From: Heterodontus francisci
Lineage: Eukaryota
NCBI RefSeq assembly: GCF_036365525.1
Contig: NC_090383.1
Coordinates: forward strand, 10,653,384-10,717,383
Direction of reading: 5' to 3'
Length of the DNA stretch: 64,000 nt
The notes under the pieces are model-generated. The model searched no databases, was not told the origin of the DNA, and saw nothing but the letters and a program-made list of their open reading frames with translations. Numbering within the stretch: position 1 is the first letter of the stretch; each line of letters begins with the position of its first letter. Positions 26,191 through 39,267 of this stretch are shown one piece after another. Position numbers and translations under genes: made by a program.

Positions 26191-26929
26191 TGGCTGGAAT
26201 TTTACGCCCACCCAAAGAACGGGAAGGTGGTGAGGGGGTGGGGGGGGACGTAAAATGGAGCAGGAAGCTTGGGGGGCCCTTCCCGACCCGCTCTCGCCAT
26301 CACTTTACGCAGGACGGCGGTGGCGAAAAACGGTCCGCCCGCCTCAGGCCAATCAAGGCCCTTGTTCCCACTTAATGACCACTTAAGGGCCTCCGCCTGC
26401 CGCCACGGGGCGGCCTAGGCTTGAGAAAAGCCACCTATTAAAAGCAGATGGCTCTCTGATGGCCTGGGGGGGGGGGCGCGGGGGCGGCCTCATGATTGGG
26501 CACCCTGTGCCCGACGGAGGGCCGTCCCCGCTACTCCAACCACCCCCAACACACACCAACCCCCCCCCCCCACCCAACATCCCCCAATCGACCACCCTCG
26601 CCTCGCTGGGGCCCGACACATCACCCCCCACGAGACAACAAAAACTTACTTGGTTCCGGGCTCCCCGACATCTTCGTCTTGAAGCTGGGCTGCAGTCCCA
26701 GAAATGGCCACTGCTCCTGGTGGCGCTGCTGGGACTAAGAGCTGCCAGCCCGCTGATTGGCTGGCAGCTCTATTAGGCGGGACTTCCTGTGGAAGTCCCA
26801 CCTCAGAACAATTAAAGGCCGGGGTCCTGCAAAATGCGGATCGGATCCTAAGGCCAGGCAGGGGCGGGCTTGCCACCAACCTTTGAGTCGGTGGATGGCT
26901 CCCGTCTGCCAAGGGTAAAATCCCGGCCC
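26191..26929. mobile_element. PIF/Harbinger-like MITE
   Basis: ggctggaattttac...gtaaaatcccggccc; internal motifs run in the opposite orientation to the 6530 copy. Confidence 0.72.
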
Positions 26930-27523
26930 GTGATTAAAAAATTCTTTTATTTTGTGATAAAACTATTTTCAGCTGTTTTAATCAAACTTCACCAAGGTAC
27001 CACTTACATATATGAGGGAAATTTATCTGAAAATTTTTTTTTAAATTACATTTTAAGACACTGCCCAATTGCTCTCGTTCATGCAGATTTTGCATTTGCC
27101 GATATGCAAATGAGTTTCTGTTGGAGGAGAAAAAACAATTTTCAAAATGGGCACAATTTTGGGTGCATTTTACAGTGGAATTAGCAGTTGCAAGCAAAAT
27201 GGAAACTCTACGCCCCTCAAACAGGTCCTACCACTCAAAAGCAGATGTGTTAGAAACAGAAGCCATGATGACCCCCATGATTGATACGAAAAACACCAGC
27301 TATCATATAACAGAATGGTTTATTTTCCCCAATTGTGGCTGCTTGTCATGCACTGGGCAAATGGAAACCAAGACACACCTAAAGGCATTTTCCACTCCAG
27401 TGAAAAGCAATAAATACCTTTGAGTTCCATTTAATAAAGAAACAATCAGTAACAACACTCTATTATAGGTTTTATTATTTTAAAGCTTTCTTGTTGAGTT
27501 TTTAAAAGAAAAACGAAAATAAA

Positions 27524-27912
27524 GGACTTATATAGCACCCTTTATGATCACCAGGCATCTCAAAGAGCCTTACTGACAACAAAGTGCAGTCACTGTTGTA
27601 AAGTAGGACACCAATTTGTGCACAGCAAGATCCCACAAATAGCAGTATGATAATTATGTTTTTGGTAATGTTGACTGAGGGATAAACATTGGCCAGGACA
27701 ACTCCCCTGCTCTTCTTCCAAATAGCGCTATGGGATATTTTACATCCAGCTGAGAGAGCAGACAGGGGCTGCGTCTCATCCAATAGAAAGCATCATTGCC
27801 AGCACCACACTGGAGTGTCAGCCTTGAATTCCGTACTCGAGTCCCGGAGCAGGACTTGCACTCACAACCTTCTAACTCAAAGGCGAGAATGCTACCCACT
27901 AAATCACAACGG
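27524..27912 (-). mobile_element. DeuSINE (SacSINE1-like)
   Basis: Same head, Deu domain and tail as 24822-25256. Confidence 0.8.
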
Positions 27913-28876
27913 AAATAATACAATTAAAAAACACAATCTTATGCTAATGGAAGAGTTAATATACTTAGTAAGTATTTACATGACACGAGTCAGTGCACAG
28001 AATTCAGCTTCACCGACATCATGAAGGGGATTGATTATATCCTTATAAACAATATATCCCACTCTGACATTAATACTGCTTTTTCTGAAACTACACAAGA
28101 ACTCTCATTATCTTAACTCTAACTGCAATATAATGCATCTGTAATGGATTAATAGCTCTGTGTATCTCATATTTATGGTCTGCAGTTTTTTTACCGAGAT
28201 ACTTTATAATTACACAAGATAATGCCACTTAGATTAGTGCAGCTACATTTCCACAGAAATGACAGGACAAATTGTCTAAAAGCAGCAGCCATTGTGTAGG
28301 GAAACAGTGTAAAGTTGCATTAAAATGATACTTATTAATGGTGATTAATCCAATTTGGAGTCATTTTCAAATCAAAATTGTACATTGAGAACCTTGAAGG
28401 GCAAGCTTAACATATTAATGTAATGTAATGCTAAATAACTGAAATGCCAATTGTTTCATCTTTCAAATGTCGAAATCTGGTATGAAAACAGGAGGAGAAC
28501 GAATATTACATTTGGAATTAGTTTCAATTTATACCATCTATTTCAGAAAGACACATCTATAACCTTTCAAAAGCAAGCGATCAGTATGTTTTAATTGGTT
28601 TAATTCTTTATAGTTTTTGTTCAAGAGAATGGACAAGAGAATAAAAACTGAACGTAGAACAGTAGCTACTCAGTGTATTAGAGAAGTCTGACATTACAGA
28701 AAGCTGCAATACCTGTCTGTGGGTGGCTTCTTGCAAAATGTGTTCAATATTTCAAGTCCTGCTTGAGGATATAAACATGGGGAGGGACGGAACAAGAGCA
28801 AAAAAAATCACCCTGGGTCGATCTCATGCACCTCGTATCAGTCTGAATCAGAATGGCATAAGAACAGAAGAAAGAA

Positions 28877-29323
28877 AGATTTGCATTTATATAGCACCTT
28901 TCATCACCACCAGATGTCCCAAAGCACTTTACAGCCAATTAAGGTATTTTGAAGTGTAGTCACTGTTGTGATGTAGAAAACACAGCAGCCAATTTGCGCA
29001 CAGCAAGCTCCCACAAATAGCAATGTTATAATGACCTGCTTTTTTTGATATTAATTGAGGGATAAATGTTGGCCATGACACTGGGGGAGAACTTTCCTAC
29101 TCTTCTTCAAAATAACACCATGTGATCATTTACATCCATCTGAGAAGGCAGACAGAGCCACAATTTAATATCTCATCCAAACTGCAGCACCTTGACAATG
29201 CAGCATTCCCTCAATATAGTACTGGAGCATCAGCCTTAACATTTATGGTCAAGTCCTGGAGTAAGACTTGAACCCACAACCTTCTAATGTAGGGGCAAGA
29301 GTGTTACCAATTGAGCCACAGCC
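28877..29323 (-). mobile_element. DeuSINE (SacSINE1-like), near full length
   Basis: Head gctgtggctcaattggtaacac...gggttcaagtc, Deu domain and tail. Confidence 0.85.
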
Positions 29324-29334
29324 AACAGTCAAAA

Positions 29335-29625
29335 CAGAAATAGGTGCAGAAGTAGGCCTTTTGGTCCCTTAAACCTGCTCAACCATTTAATAATATCACG
29401 GTTGAACTTCGACCTCAATTCCACTTTCACACCATATTCCCATATCGGTTGATTCCCCTCGTGCCCAAAAATCTGTTACTCAGTCTAGAATATACTTAAT
29501 GACTGAGCATCCATAGCCATCTGTGGTAGAGAATCCCAAAGATTCATAAACCTGTGAATGAAGAAATTCTTCCTAATCTCAGTTCTAAATGGCTGACCTG
29601 ACCCCTTATTCTGAGACTGAGACCC
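29335..29625 (-). mobile_element. CR1 3' fragment
   Basis: Reverse complement of the CR1 ORF2 end and 3' UTR (cf. 46930-47230). Confidence 0.75.
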
Positions 29626-29628
29626 CTA

Positions 29629-31060
29629 GGGGCGGATTTAGACGCCCCACCAGGATTGGGAATGGAGTTGGACAGGCGTGGAATGCCATGCTGCCAGCCT
29701 GCATGCCGATTCCCCAGCTCCATCCCGCTGTGGGCCATTTTCCGCCAAGGCGGAATGCGGGTGTGGCAGGACTTCCTGCCCACAAGCAGCGGGTAGCCAA
29801 TTCAACTAAATAATGGCCACTTAAGGCAAATTGTTGGACACTGACTGGGATTTTCCAGTTAGCCTCCAGCTTCCTGTGAGCAGTGGGGGACAGTTTAGCT
29901 GCTTGAAGGTGGCTCCCAGCAGCAGACCGAGGGGATGGGCCAGCGCTCCAGGAAGGCTTTGAGGTGCGCCCTGCCTGCCTGGATGTTGCAGCAACTGCAG
30001 GCCGACCTGCACAGGACCTCCCCCTCCACCCCCCCATCCCCCCAACCAACCCCCCTCACCAACTGTGGCGGCCTGGCTGCTGAATCTATTTTTTACTTTA
30101 AGCTGTAAAAGGTAGGAGGGAGGGCACCTCCATTTTGAAGTGCTATCTCCCTCACTTACCTACCAGGGCATCCTGCTGTGTTTTCAAGCTGGAAGGCATC
30201 TGATTGGTCCCCCAGCTTTGAGGGCCCACCCACCATCCTTGATTGGACAGCGAGCCCACCCCTTTGCCATTAATTGGTTGCAAAGGGGAAAATCCCATTG
30301 AGTGACTGTTTTCCACACAGTGGAGGAATTTTGTGCTCTCCCCTGTGGCAGCTGGGGAGAGCATAGAAATTGGGCAGAATTAAGTCCGTGGCGGGAAGGC
30401 CCACTGACGGCCTTCCCACCCCATCGCCAATTGAGGCCCTTAAGTGGGCAATGAATGCCCAGTTTAGGGCCTTATCGTGCCACCATCGTTATTAGCCCAG
30501 CGGTGGGCAGTCCTGTCGCCTCAAGGGAATATGCCAAGCCAACCCATGGTGGGGGGGGGGGGGGGGGAATGGAATCCTTCATTAAAAGGCACAGTGCCTA
30601 ATCGAGGGATCCAGCATTGGGAAGGGGGGTGCTTACTGAGAGGCACCCCTCTCCTTGCTGCTGACCACCCCCCCCCCACCCCACGAAAACCTGCCCTGAC
30701 TCACTTGTGGGTGCAGCGCCTCAGGTCAGTCCAGTACCAGCAGCAGCCACCTCCTCCATGATTGTGCTGCTCAGCGTAAGAGTTGCTGGCCTCTGCTTGG
30801 CCGGCGGCTCTCAGCAGGTGGGACTTTTGTCACCGGGGTCATTATTCACAGGGAAGGCCCGTCGCTGTCCATGTTAAGTGCCTAACTGGCACATAATCCG
30901 GCAGGCCTTCCGCCGAGGAAACAACGCGGTGGTCTCACCAATGTTTTAGCTGGTGGTCGAGACCCCCATTGCTAAGACAAGGTCCCGGCCACTGCGAGCG
31001 TCTGACCCCCATTTGAGCCTGATGAGGGGCCTCAGAGGCCCACAGGGAAAATTCTGCCCC
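29629..31060. mobile_element. Composite/adjacent Harbinger-like MITE copies
   Basis: gggcggattt start and aaaattctgcccc end, with the family palindrome at ~30433-30472 and CCAAT/donor motifs. Confidence 0.6.
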
Positions 31061-31239
31061 TCGTTGCCACTGGCAGCCTTAGCACAGCTTCTCAGGAGAA
31101 TACTACATCTTCTCGGGGTATAAAGAGGGCACAAATAATTTGTTTGCGGGGGTGGGCAAAAAGAGCATATTACAGGCTAAATAAAATCTGGGGTTCAGAA
31201 GCGATTACAACCACGACACGATCCTGACCGAAACCAAAG

Positions 31240-31400
31240 CGAAATACAGAAAATCGGAAATAAAAACAGAAAATGCTGGAGACGTTCAGCATCCATGGAG
31301 AAAGAAACAGAGTTAACGTTTCCGATCAATGACCTTTCGTCAAAGCTGAAAAATGTGAGATATTTAACAGTTCATAAGCAAGTACAGAACCAGGGAAAAG
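31240..31400 (-). mobile_element. Penelope-like (pLTR-derived) fragment
   Basis: aataaaaacagaaaatgctgg...agaaacagagttaacgtttc, the same motif set as 37031, 42994, 44180 and 60063. Confidence 0.65.
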
Positions 31401-33666
31401 GGGGATGGTTGTTGGGGGCTGGGGGGTTGCGGGGGGCGGGTACGAGAACAAAAGAAAGTGATCGGCGATAGGCCGGAGGCAGGACTCCGAATCAACTGAA
31501 GTACCCTCCTGGGTATTTTATTCCCAGCTAAGATGCATATACAAGGCCGGCCAGAGCAGGTTGTGTTTTATCTTTTAAAATTTTATGAGGTTAACAGCAG
31601 TAAGAAATCTAAACAGTGAGACAATCTCCCAAGGGAGAGCAAAGGTCAGTAAGTGAACATCACAGATGCGGTGAGAATAGGTTGTCAGTGTAGAGTTGTA
31701 CCGTCACTGAAGTGAAAGCATGCTGTATCATCAATAAATCCTGACGTTGTTTAATATATCATTCATTTTGTACAGAGCTTTTGAATACCTCACGTCTATA
31801 ATATAAAGGATACATAATAAGCATCGGAATAAAATTCATGTCCTACCATTGGGGGATAAACATTGATCATATGAAAAGACTTTTCATTGTTTCCTCTCTC
31901 CATAGCATCTTAAGCACCTAATTATAAAAAAAAATTAGATGCAAGCTTGAATCTTATATTCAGCACATATTGATGAGTGGATTGAGGAGAGATTTCAATT
32001 CGTTCTTTGGGCTTTTTTTTCCTCTCTCAGTAATCTCCACTATGGATCATTACAGCATCTCTGTGAGAGATGAAAAATATTGCAGAGTATCTTTGTAATC
32101 ATGTGCTCTACGGACAGAGTGAAGGACGTTAAGTCGTGACATGGCTGTCCAAACCCTTTTCAAGACAAAGTTGCAATACACATCTAGGGTTTGGGGTGTC
32201 CTGAGGTTGCGAAAGGCACTGTATAAATGCAAGGTCTTTCTTTCTTTAATAAATGCCTTGGAACGAACACCTTTAAGCACCTCAATGCAAGAGAGGCCAG
32301 AGCAAGCTCATTCCTTTGTGTTCAACTTTCAGAACCATATCACAGTGAAAAGCTTCATGCCAGGTAGTAAGGAAATCAAAATTGAGGTCAGCAGACAAGA
32401 ATTATAAATAGTGGTCAGCAATGGAAGTATTAACAACTGCACAGGGAATGGAATCACATATAGAAATTCACTGCATGACAGCTCCAAACCCCAACAGTTC
32501 TGCTTCAAGCCCAACAAGAAATAAATTAAGTCTGGAAGTTCAGAGATTTGTTCTAGCCTCAAGTAATACAAGACTCCAGTGATGTGTCTTAATTACGGTT
32601 TACAATTTAACCAGTCAAGGAAATCTGTAAATGCTGTACGTAACACACTATTTTTTAAATGCAAAAAAACTGCCTCTGCATGGGAAATAAATCCGCAGGC
32701 AAGGCTAAAATAATAAAAAAAAACTTGCTGCAATGTCGAATCTTATCATTTTTCATTTACAGTCAGCTTAATTTCCATCCTGCACACAGAATCTAAACAA
32801 GATGTAATCGTTAGCCAGCCACGGATTCTGCCCCAAGTCAGATCATCATGTTTCATTTTTGAAATGAAATACTAAGAATAGGTTTCGCATTTTACTCCCA
32901 CCGCCTGCCCAACCAAGAAGCTTGTAAATGTGGCACCGGTAGTGCTTGAAGGAGCCTTTAACAAGCAGTCATTTGTTAAAGTGATTAGTCACGCTACTAA
33001 TTAACAAATTCAACAAGGAAAGTCAATCCTATGTATAGTTTGTATTGATAGGCAAGCAAAGCGCACTGACATTTACAAGTTCATGAATATACTTTTGGTT
33101 GACATGTAGACAGTGATGCAAGTTGGATAGTCAGGCCTAGGCACCCCCTGGTGGCTTGGTTAGAAAATGCACATTGATCCATACGTAACCAGTCCAATCC
33201 TGTCAGCACCACTACTGCAAAGTATCCATGTGCCAATATCAATTGAGGACGGTATTGGGGCTCACTGTGATACCTCCTATGTCCAAATTGCCTGCTGCTG
33301 TTCACTGCCAAGACTTATGCATTACAATTGGCCACTTGGGTAAGGCATCAAATGGCTGCCAATGCAGGTAGGTGCCAACGCTGAAGGAAAGAGTTCAGCT
33401 GTGGTGCCAATCTTAAAATATAAATGACAGCAACATTTCTATGATTTACAAATAACAAAATAAAAAAAAGTACATCCCAATTTTTTTTCCTCTGCTTTTT
33501 CGCCTCACCGAGGAGAATGGTTGAGGGGTGATGGGGTATAAGGGAGAGAGGAAGTGTTCAGTCGTGATGGTCCAGCCATTATTGTATGGGGCAGGCTTGA
33601 TGGACCTGCTGGTCTTTACCAGTCTGCCTATTTTACATGTCCGTAAGTTTTTAAAATGAACTACGG

Positions 33667-34533
33667 TGTTACGACCCAGTGAGAAAGGTGTCTCGGGGTC
33701 CCTTTCCGCCTTCACCTGGTCTTACCGTAACAGGGTTTAATTTTAAACACACTGTGCTTTCAGCTCCCTCTTGGTGAATCCTTGTTCACCGCTTTCCAAT
33801 TAGAAGGCAAAGGAACCAGCACAAACAGGCTTTCTCAGGTTTAAAGAAGTTGAAATTTATTAAGCTTGAACTTAAACCCTAATTCGGATGACGCCTACGG
33901 ATACATGACGCGCCCATGCTAGCATGCATATATGATACACACATGTAAATAGAGACAGAAAAGAGAAGAAAAAAATAAAGTAAAAAGTTTGAGGCAATAT
34001 CTGAAGAGTTTTTGATAGGGTTCTTCGAGCTCACTGTAGAGTCCTTGATTGTAAGTAGTTCTTGCTTTTCGTTGGGGCCCAGTATTCTTCTTGAACCTTG
34101 TTCGCAATAGGAGACTTTTTTCTCTTGGGGTTCATGTGTCTTCAGTGGATTTGGAGTTCTGTGAGAAAGAGATGGGAGCAGACAGGAGCAAACAGCCACT
34201 CTCTGAGTTCAAACTGTTTGTACAATTCAGAAAAACCCAGGTTGCCAAGCAGTTTAGTCATGTGACTAGCTGGTCTGACCATGTCTTGGATTGTATCACC
34301 TTAGCAGTCTCTGGAATGCTCCCCTTACACGCAATACCTGGTGATCAAGGTCCATTGTGGGTTGAATGTGTCCTTTGTCCTTCCAAGCACTGTCTGTTAA
34401 TATGCAAATGTCTTTCCCAGCCATGGCTGATCTGTTTAACAAGTGCTTTTTTCACTCCACTAACAGTTTAAAATCAATGTTAATGAGAAAATTAATGTGC
34501 CTCATTCTTGGCAGGTGGGGGCCTAGCATGACA
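33667..34533 (-). mobile_element. Probable solo LTR
   Basis: TG...CA termini with imperfect inverted ends (tgttacg / catgaca) and a minus-strand AATAAA at ~33856-33861. The TSD is not clean. Confidence 0.55.
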
Positions 34534-35589
34534 ACACCTTTTCAGTGCTTAGATAAAACCTTATGAACACAAGAGTCAATGGTCTCTGGAGCCCATCATT
34601 CTTGAAGTAGGTTTTGTCATCTTTTTCTGATTGCCTGTTCTTGGACAATCCCTAGGGTGCTTTAGTCATCACTGCTAGTGTGCTTCAGAAATACAGGAAT
34701 AATGGACAATCCCGAACACAGATCACAAATGGGTATTTCCACTTAGCCTTACAGTTCTGCTTCAAAACAAATGTATTTGAATTCTGCTCTTCAGGCTCAA
34801 ATATTTACTAAATGCAGCTCTTACCTTGTAATACTCAGACCCCTTTTCCGTGAAACTGCTTTGCTTCCTATTTTTGCCATCTCAGATTGTAACTAAAGTG
34901 CGTGTGTGTGCGCACAAAGCACACAGTACAATTTTACTATACAAATCAATGTCCACGTACATTTATATAGACATGATGCAACCTATTTCTAGGGAAATAG
35001 AAAATATCAGAAGAAATAAAATTATTTTTGTCCCCCCCCACCCCGCAACTTTAAAAATAAATAGAAGAGCCTATAGTTTTCATCCTGCTGTACAAAACCA
35101 CTTGACAGCAGAAATGCAAAATGAAATGCTGTCAGTGTTCAGTTATATTCTTGGTTTATGAAGATCTATTGCAAAACACGCAGCAATTCCCCAGGAACAG
35201 ACTAAGCAACAAACTGAATGCATGACTTTGAATGTAATGAATGCGCACACAAAGGCAGCTTGTTCAATGTGGCATCGTCTTATTGTGAAGAGGGAATAAT
35301 GCCGAAACTAGATCATGTCAGCATCAACTTCAAGCAATGTAATGATGACTCTGCAACGTAATGGCATAGTGCAGTGCAAAGTTGTATCATTGTGCTACTC
35401 TGTTAGGGAAACAAAAAAAAGGGCTTCTTAAAACATGTTCAGTAAAGACTTTGACCCTTTCAAATGGTCTTTAAAACTAAAGCTGAAAAGAAAGGGGGGA
35501 GAAACCCTTTTTTTGCTCTTTGATAGTTCTAGGGGTTGTGTGTTGTAAATATTTTCGCAAACTCACTCTTTTTCTCCCCCCTGTCTCCT

Positions 35590-36410
35590 GAAGGCACTAA
35601 GTCAGACTGGGACAGTGATGCACAGTTGCCAGATGCTCTCCAGGAACCTGCTGTTGAGATGGCCAATCTTCATGTGTTACCCAGTGTTTGTAGGCAGGCT
35701 CTTTGACTGATAAGGCACCACCACTCATGTGGATCCTGTCCATCCCACAGTCCACACTGGTGCACATTCTGAGCAGGGAGTCAAAGGACAGTGATCAGGG
35801 ATGGGAATTCTGGGCAATAAGTTCCCCTCCTTAGCCTGGGCAGTGAGGCTGAGTGAAATGACTCCACTACTGCCCTTGTTGAGATCAAATACCTCAGCAG
35901 AAATTGGAGATTGTCCCCAACTTGGCCTATATAGCTCATGCTGGCATAGCATATTTAGCAATTTATTAATGCCAAAAGGCTCACAGAGCAAAGTTTAATT
36001 CTACATTCATTATTGAAGTGTAATATTATCCAAGATTATCCCATCTTCTTCTTGACAACTTTCTTCCCTGCCCGACTTCCAAATGGACGGTTACTAGTCC
36101 CCATGACGCTTTGGTACCTCACTCAACTGGTTGTTATTCAGACATACCCACTGATGGTGAATTTTGGCAAGTGATCCAAGCAATAAGAACATGAAAGGGA
36201 GTCCAATCCTGTTTGCTACAAACATGCATGCAGGTGCCTGTCCAGTAGGGATCGCTGAATAATCTTTAAGAGAAAAAACAGGCTGACATTTCCTATATTT
36301 AAATTAGGGTTTTCCACCCACACGATCAGAAATTAGTTGACTCAATACAGAACAGGGATTGGACCTGGGAGCTTGTGTCTCAGCTACTCACTGGGATAAA
36401 TTGAGAGCCA
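35590..36410 (-). mobile_element. Two copies of an old, diverged SINE-like repeat (related pieces at ~1-170, 33130-33390, 45000-45310)
   Basis: A shared degenerate motif resembling catgaagaatggccacttgggtgaggtactggag occurs in several copies. The family was not identified. Confidence 0.45.
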
Positions 36411-37030
36411 GCGAGAGAGGCCCAGTTTATTTTATTTCTGTTCTGACACAGAACTTTTAGCATTTCAACACATGCAAATGACATCACCTGTGAGAGTTGA
36501 ACAGAGCAGAAGGTTAAATGTCAGTGCAGAAAGCAAACACAACCAATGAACATAAACTTCTTCAAAATGTCAAAGTGAAATCAACATGCCTTGATATTCT
36601 CACATTCTAGGATATTAACTCAGAACAGTTAATTTTTTGCGGGAGTGCTAAATCTTCATCTGTATAATGGAGGTACAGCCAGTGGAAGGGTTTACACTGC
36701 CACCTGTGCATTGTGTGTCTTGCACTGAGCATAGTGTTGAATTAGTACTGTGCAAGTGTAGCTGGAGGTATTACACAGAACTCTGCTTTCTGGACTGCAA
36801 GTGATATAGTCAGTTCCAGTCATATGAAAAAGAGTCAAAGTTAGGATCAAGGTTATGAGCAGTCATCACATCTGCTATAAGCTGAGTTCAGTTGTCCGAA
36901 CTTGTTGGAGAGAGCCAAGTGGAACAGAGAGAGAGTGAAATAGTGAGAGACAGAAGCGAGAGGAAGAGAGACACTGAGTGAGAGAGAGAGAGAGAGAGAG
37001 AGTGTGTGAAAGGAGAGTCAGAAGGGTCTT

Positions 37031-37161
37031 CTGATGAAAAATCATTGACTTGAAACATTAACTCTGTTTCTCTCTCCACAAATGCTGCGAGACAAGCTGT
37101 GTATTTCCAGCATTTTCTGTTTTTATTTCAGATTTTCAGCATCCACAGTATTTTGATTTTT
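37031..37161 (+). mobile_element. Penelope-like pLTR fragment with hammerhead-like motif
   Basis: ctgatga...gaaacattaactctgtttctctctccaca...atttccagcattttctgtttttatt. Confidence 0.7.
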
Positions 37162-38852
37162 TAAATTAGGATTGGGGTGGGGGGAGGGCGGGGGAGGGGG
37201 AATGGGTCAGAGACAGGAAAGGGTCACGGGCCAGAAGGGGCCAAGGGCTGGAGAGGAGGAGCTGGGCAGAGAAGAGAGAGTGAGTGAAGAGGAACAGAGA
37301 AACAACTAGAGGGAAAGAGAAAGAAAAAAGAGATATGGTTTAAGATCCTCTGTCAGGCTTACATTCCCACCCATGATCCAGTTGTAGAGCTGCCAGCATT
37401 TAGAATTTTGTTGATGTTAACATTACAAGTTCACTACCAATACCCCTGATGGATCTGTCAGCTTGCAATGCTGTGTACGACAGTACTGATTTGCCAGGTT
37501 CAGGCAATGCCAGTTGAGGGGGTGCTGACGGGGTTTGGAGATGGAATTTGAATCTCTGACTCCGGAGAAGGCTCATTAGGGTGGCTATGGCTTCAGGTTG
37601 AGATCGGCTGATGTAGACGCTTTGGCGGTGAGCGGCAACACAGAATATCTAGGAGGTGGGCTGCAGTGAGCTGAGCCAAGAAGGTTGGAGGTGCGTCGTG
37701 AGATAAATCAGGCACACAGTCCTCAGGCTGCATTTACAAAAAGGTACCTGGTTTCATCAACTTTCCAACAAAAGCTGTAACAATTTTGCCTGTGACATAT
37801 TTATATTTCCTGGCTGATAATTAAAGCACAAAATCGATCAGATGAGCTGATACGAGTTGGAATTTATTGCAGTCAAAGCCATTACTTCACAGCCACCAAT
37901 TTGCTTTGCAGTGCAAATGCAAACACTTGCCTACAATACAGTACAGTACTCTATTCTGCAGTCAACATTACTGTGACAGGTCTTTTAGCAAAACAGACCC
38001 CTAATTCCGAGCCACCTGTAGATGCAACATTTACTGTATCTAAATGTTTGACACTTTTGAAATGCATTTTCCCGCAGCCGTAGCTAGCACAAGGGAGTTT
38101 TCAATGAAATGAAGTATTATCTAATAGAAAAGATATAAAATTGATTGCTTTACTGTACAAGATTCACAGTAGAAGAGAAGCAGAGGAAAAAATATTGTGT
38201 GTTCTCATTGCTTTGCCCACAAACCATATGCTATGAAAAACAATAGGAGGAAATCAATAAGTTGTTAATGAAATACTGAGTGTTGCAATGTTGGCAGTTA
38301 AAGAACGAAAACACAACCTCTGTAGTAGTGCCTTCTGTTCAACAAGCCATTAAAATCATTTTAAGTTCAGGAGTCTAATGCTTCACCTGTTTACAACCGT
38401 TGCCTGCTATGTGCAGCTCAGTTACCAAAGAAACACATGGATCAATGTCATTTCCTCTTTGGTTTCATTTTTTTTTTGTGCTGGGGTGTCATGCAAGTTC
38501 ACGAGAACCAGTAACACCCAACAGAAACTCACAATCCACATTGGAGTTGGTGGCCCAAAGCATCAGAACTGAAGGAGGTGGCAAAAGGATAAAAATAAAG
38601 GACACATGTATGGGAGGGTGATACCCATTATGAATTTTTGTGCTTGGCATTCCTGTCACTTCTACCACTAAGGTCCTCTACATCAGTGTCATTTACCTGG
38701 CACAGTGCAAGGTATGCTAGTGCGGAATGAGAAGATGATATATCTCTGTGACGCATCGCACTCATCAAAAATCCCAGGGCAAAGGAGGACGTCTGCTTAG
38801 TTATAAGCCCATCATGTTATTGTGAGCCTTTGTTGGGACTGAATCTTGGCAG

Positions 38853-39175
38853 TAAGAACATAAGGAATAGGAGCTGGAGTAGGCTATTTGGCCCCTTGAG
38901 CCTGCTCCGCCATTCAACAAGATCAAGGCTGATCTTCTACCTCACCTCCACTTCCTGCACTATCCTCATATCCCTTAATTCCCTCAGTACCCAAATACCC
39001 TGACTTGAATATACTCAGTGACTGAGCATCCATGAATCTCTGGGGCAGAGAATTCCAAAAGATTCACAGCCCTCTGAGTGAAGATATTCCTCCACATCTC
39101 AGTCCTAAATGGCTGACTCCTTATTCTGAGACTGTGACCCTGTGTTCTAGATTCCCCAGCCAGAGGAAACATTTT
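38853..39175 (-). mobile_element. CR1 3' fragment
   Basis: MFPLAGESRTQGHSLRIRSQPFRTEMWRNIFTQRAVNL, with the tail reading taagaacataag on the + strand. Confidence 0.85.
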
Positions 39176-39240
39176 CTAAGCATGAGTAAGGGATATATTT
39201 TCAATGGCCGCCCAGCAGCATTGCACTGGAATCTGCTTAC

Positions 39241-39267
39241 CTTGTGTGTTTTTATCATTCCCCTCCC
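39241..39267 (-). CDS. Candidate 27-nt in-frame microexon of the PLC-beta gene (GRGMIKTHK)
   Basis: Minus strand: ttttttttttctccttcag|GGGAGGGGAATGATAAAAACACACAAG|gtaagc; phase 0/0, no stop. Confidence 0.55.
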
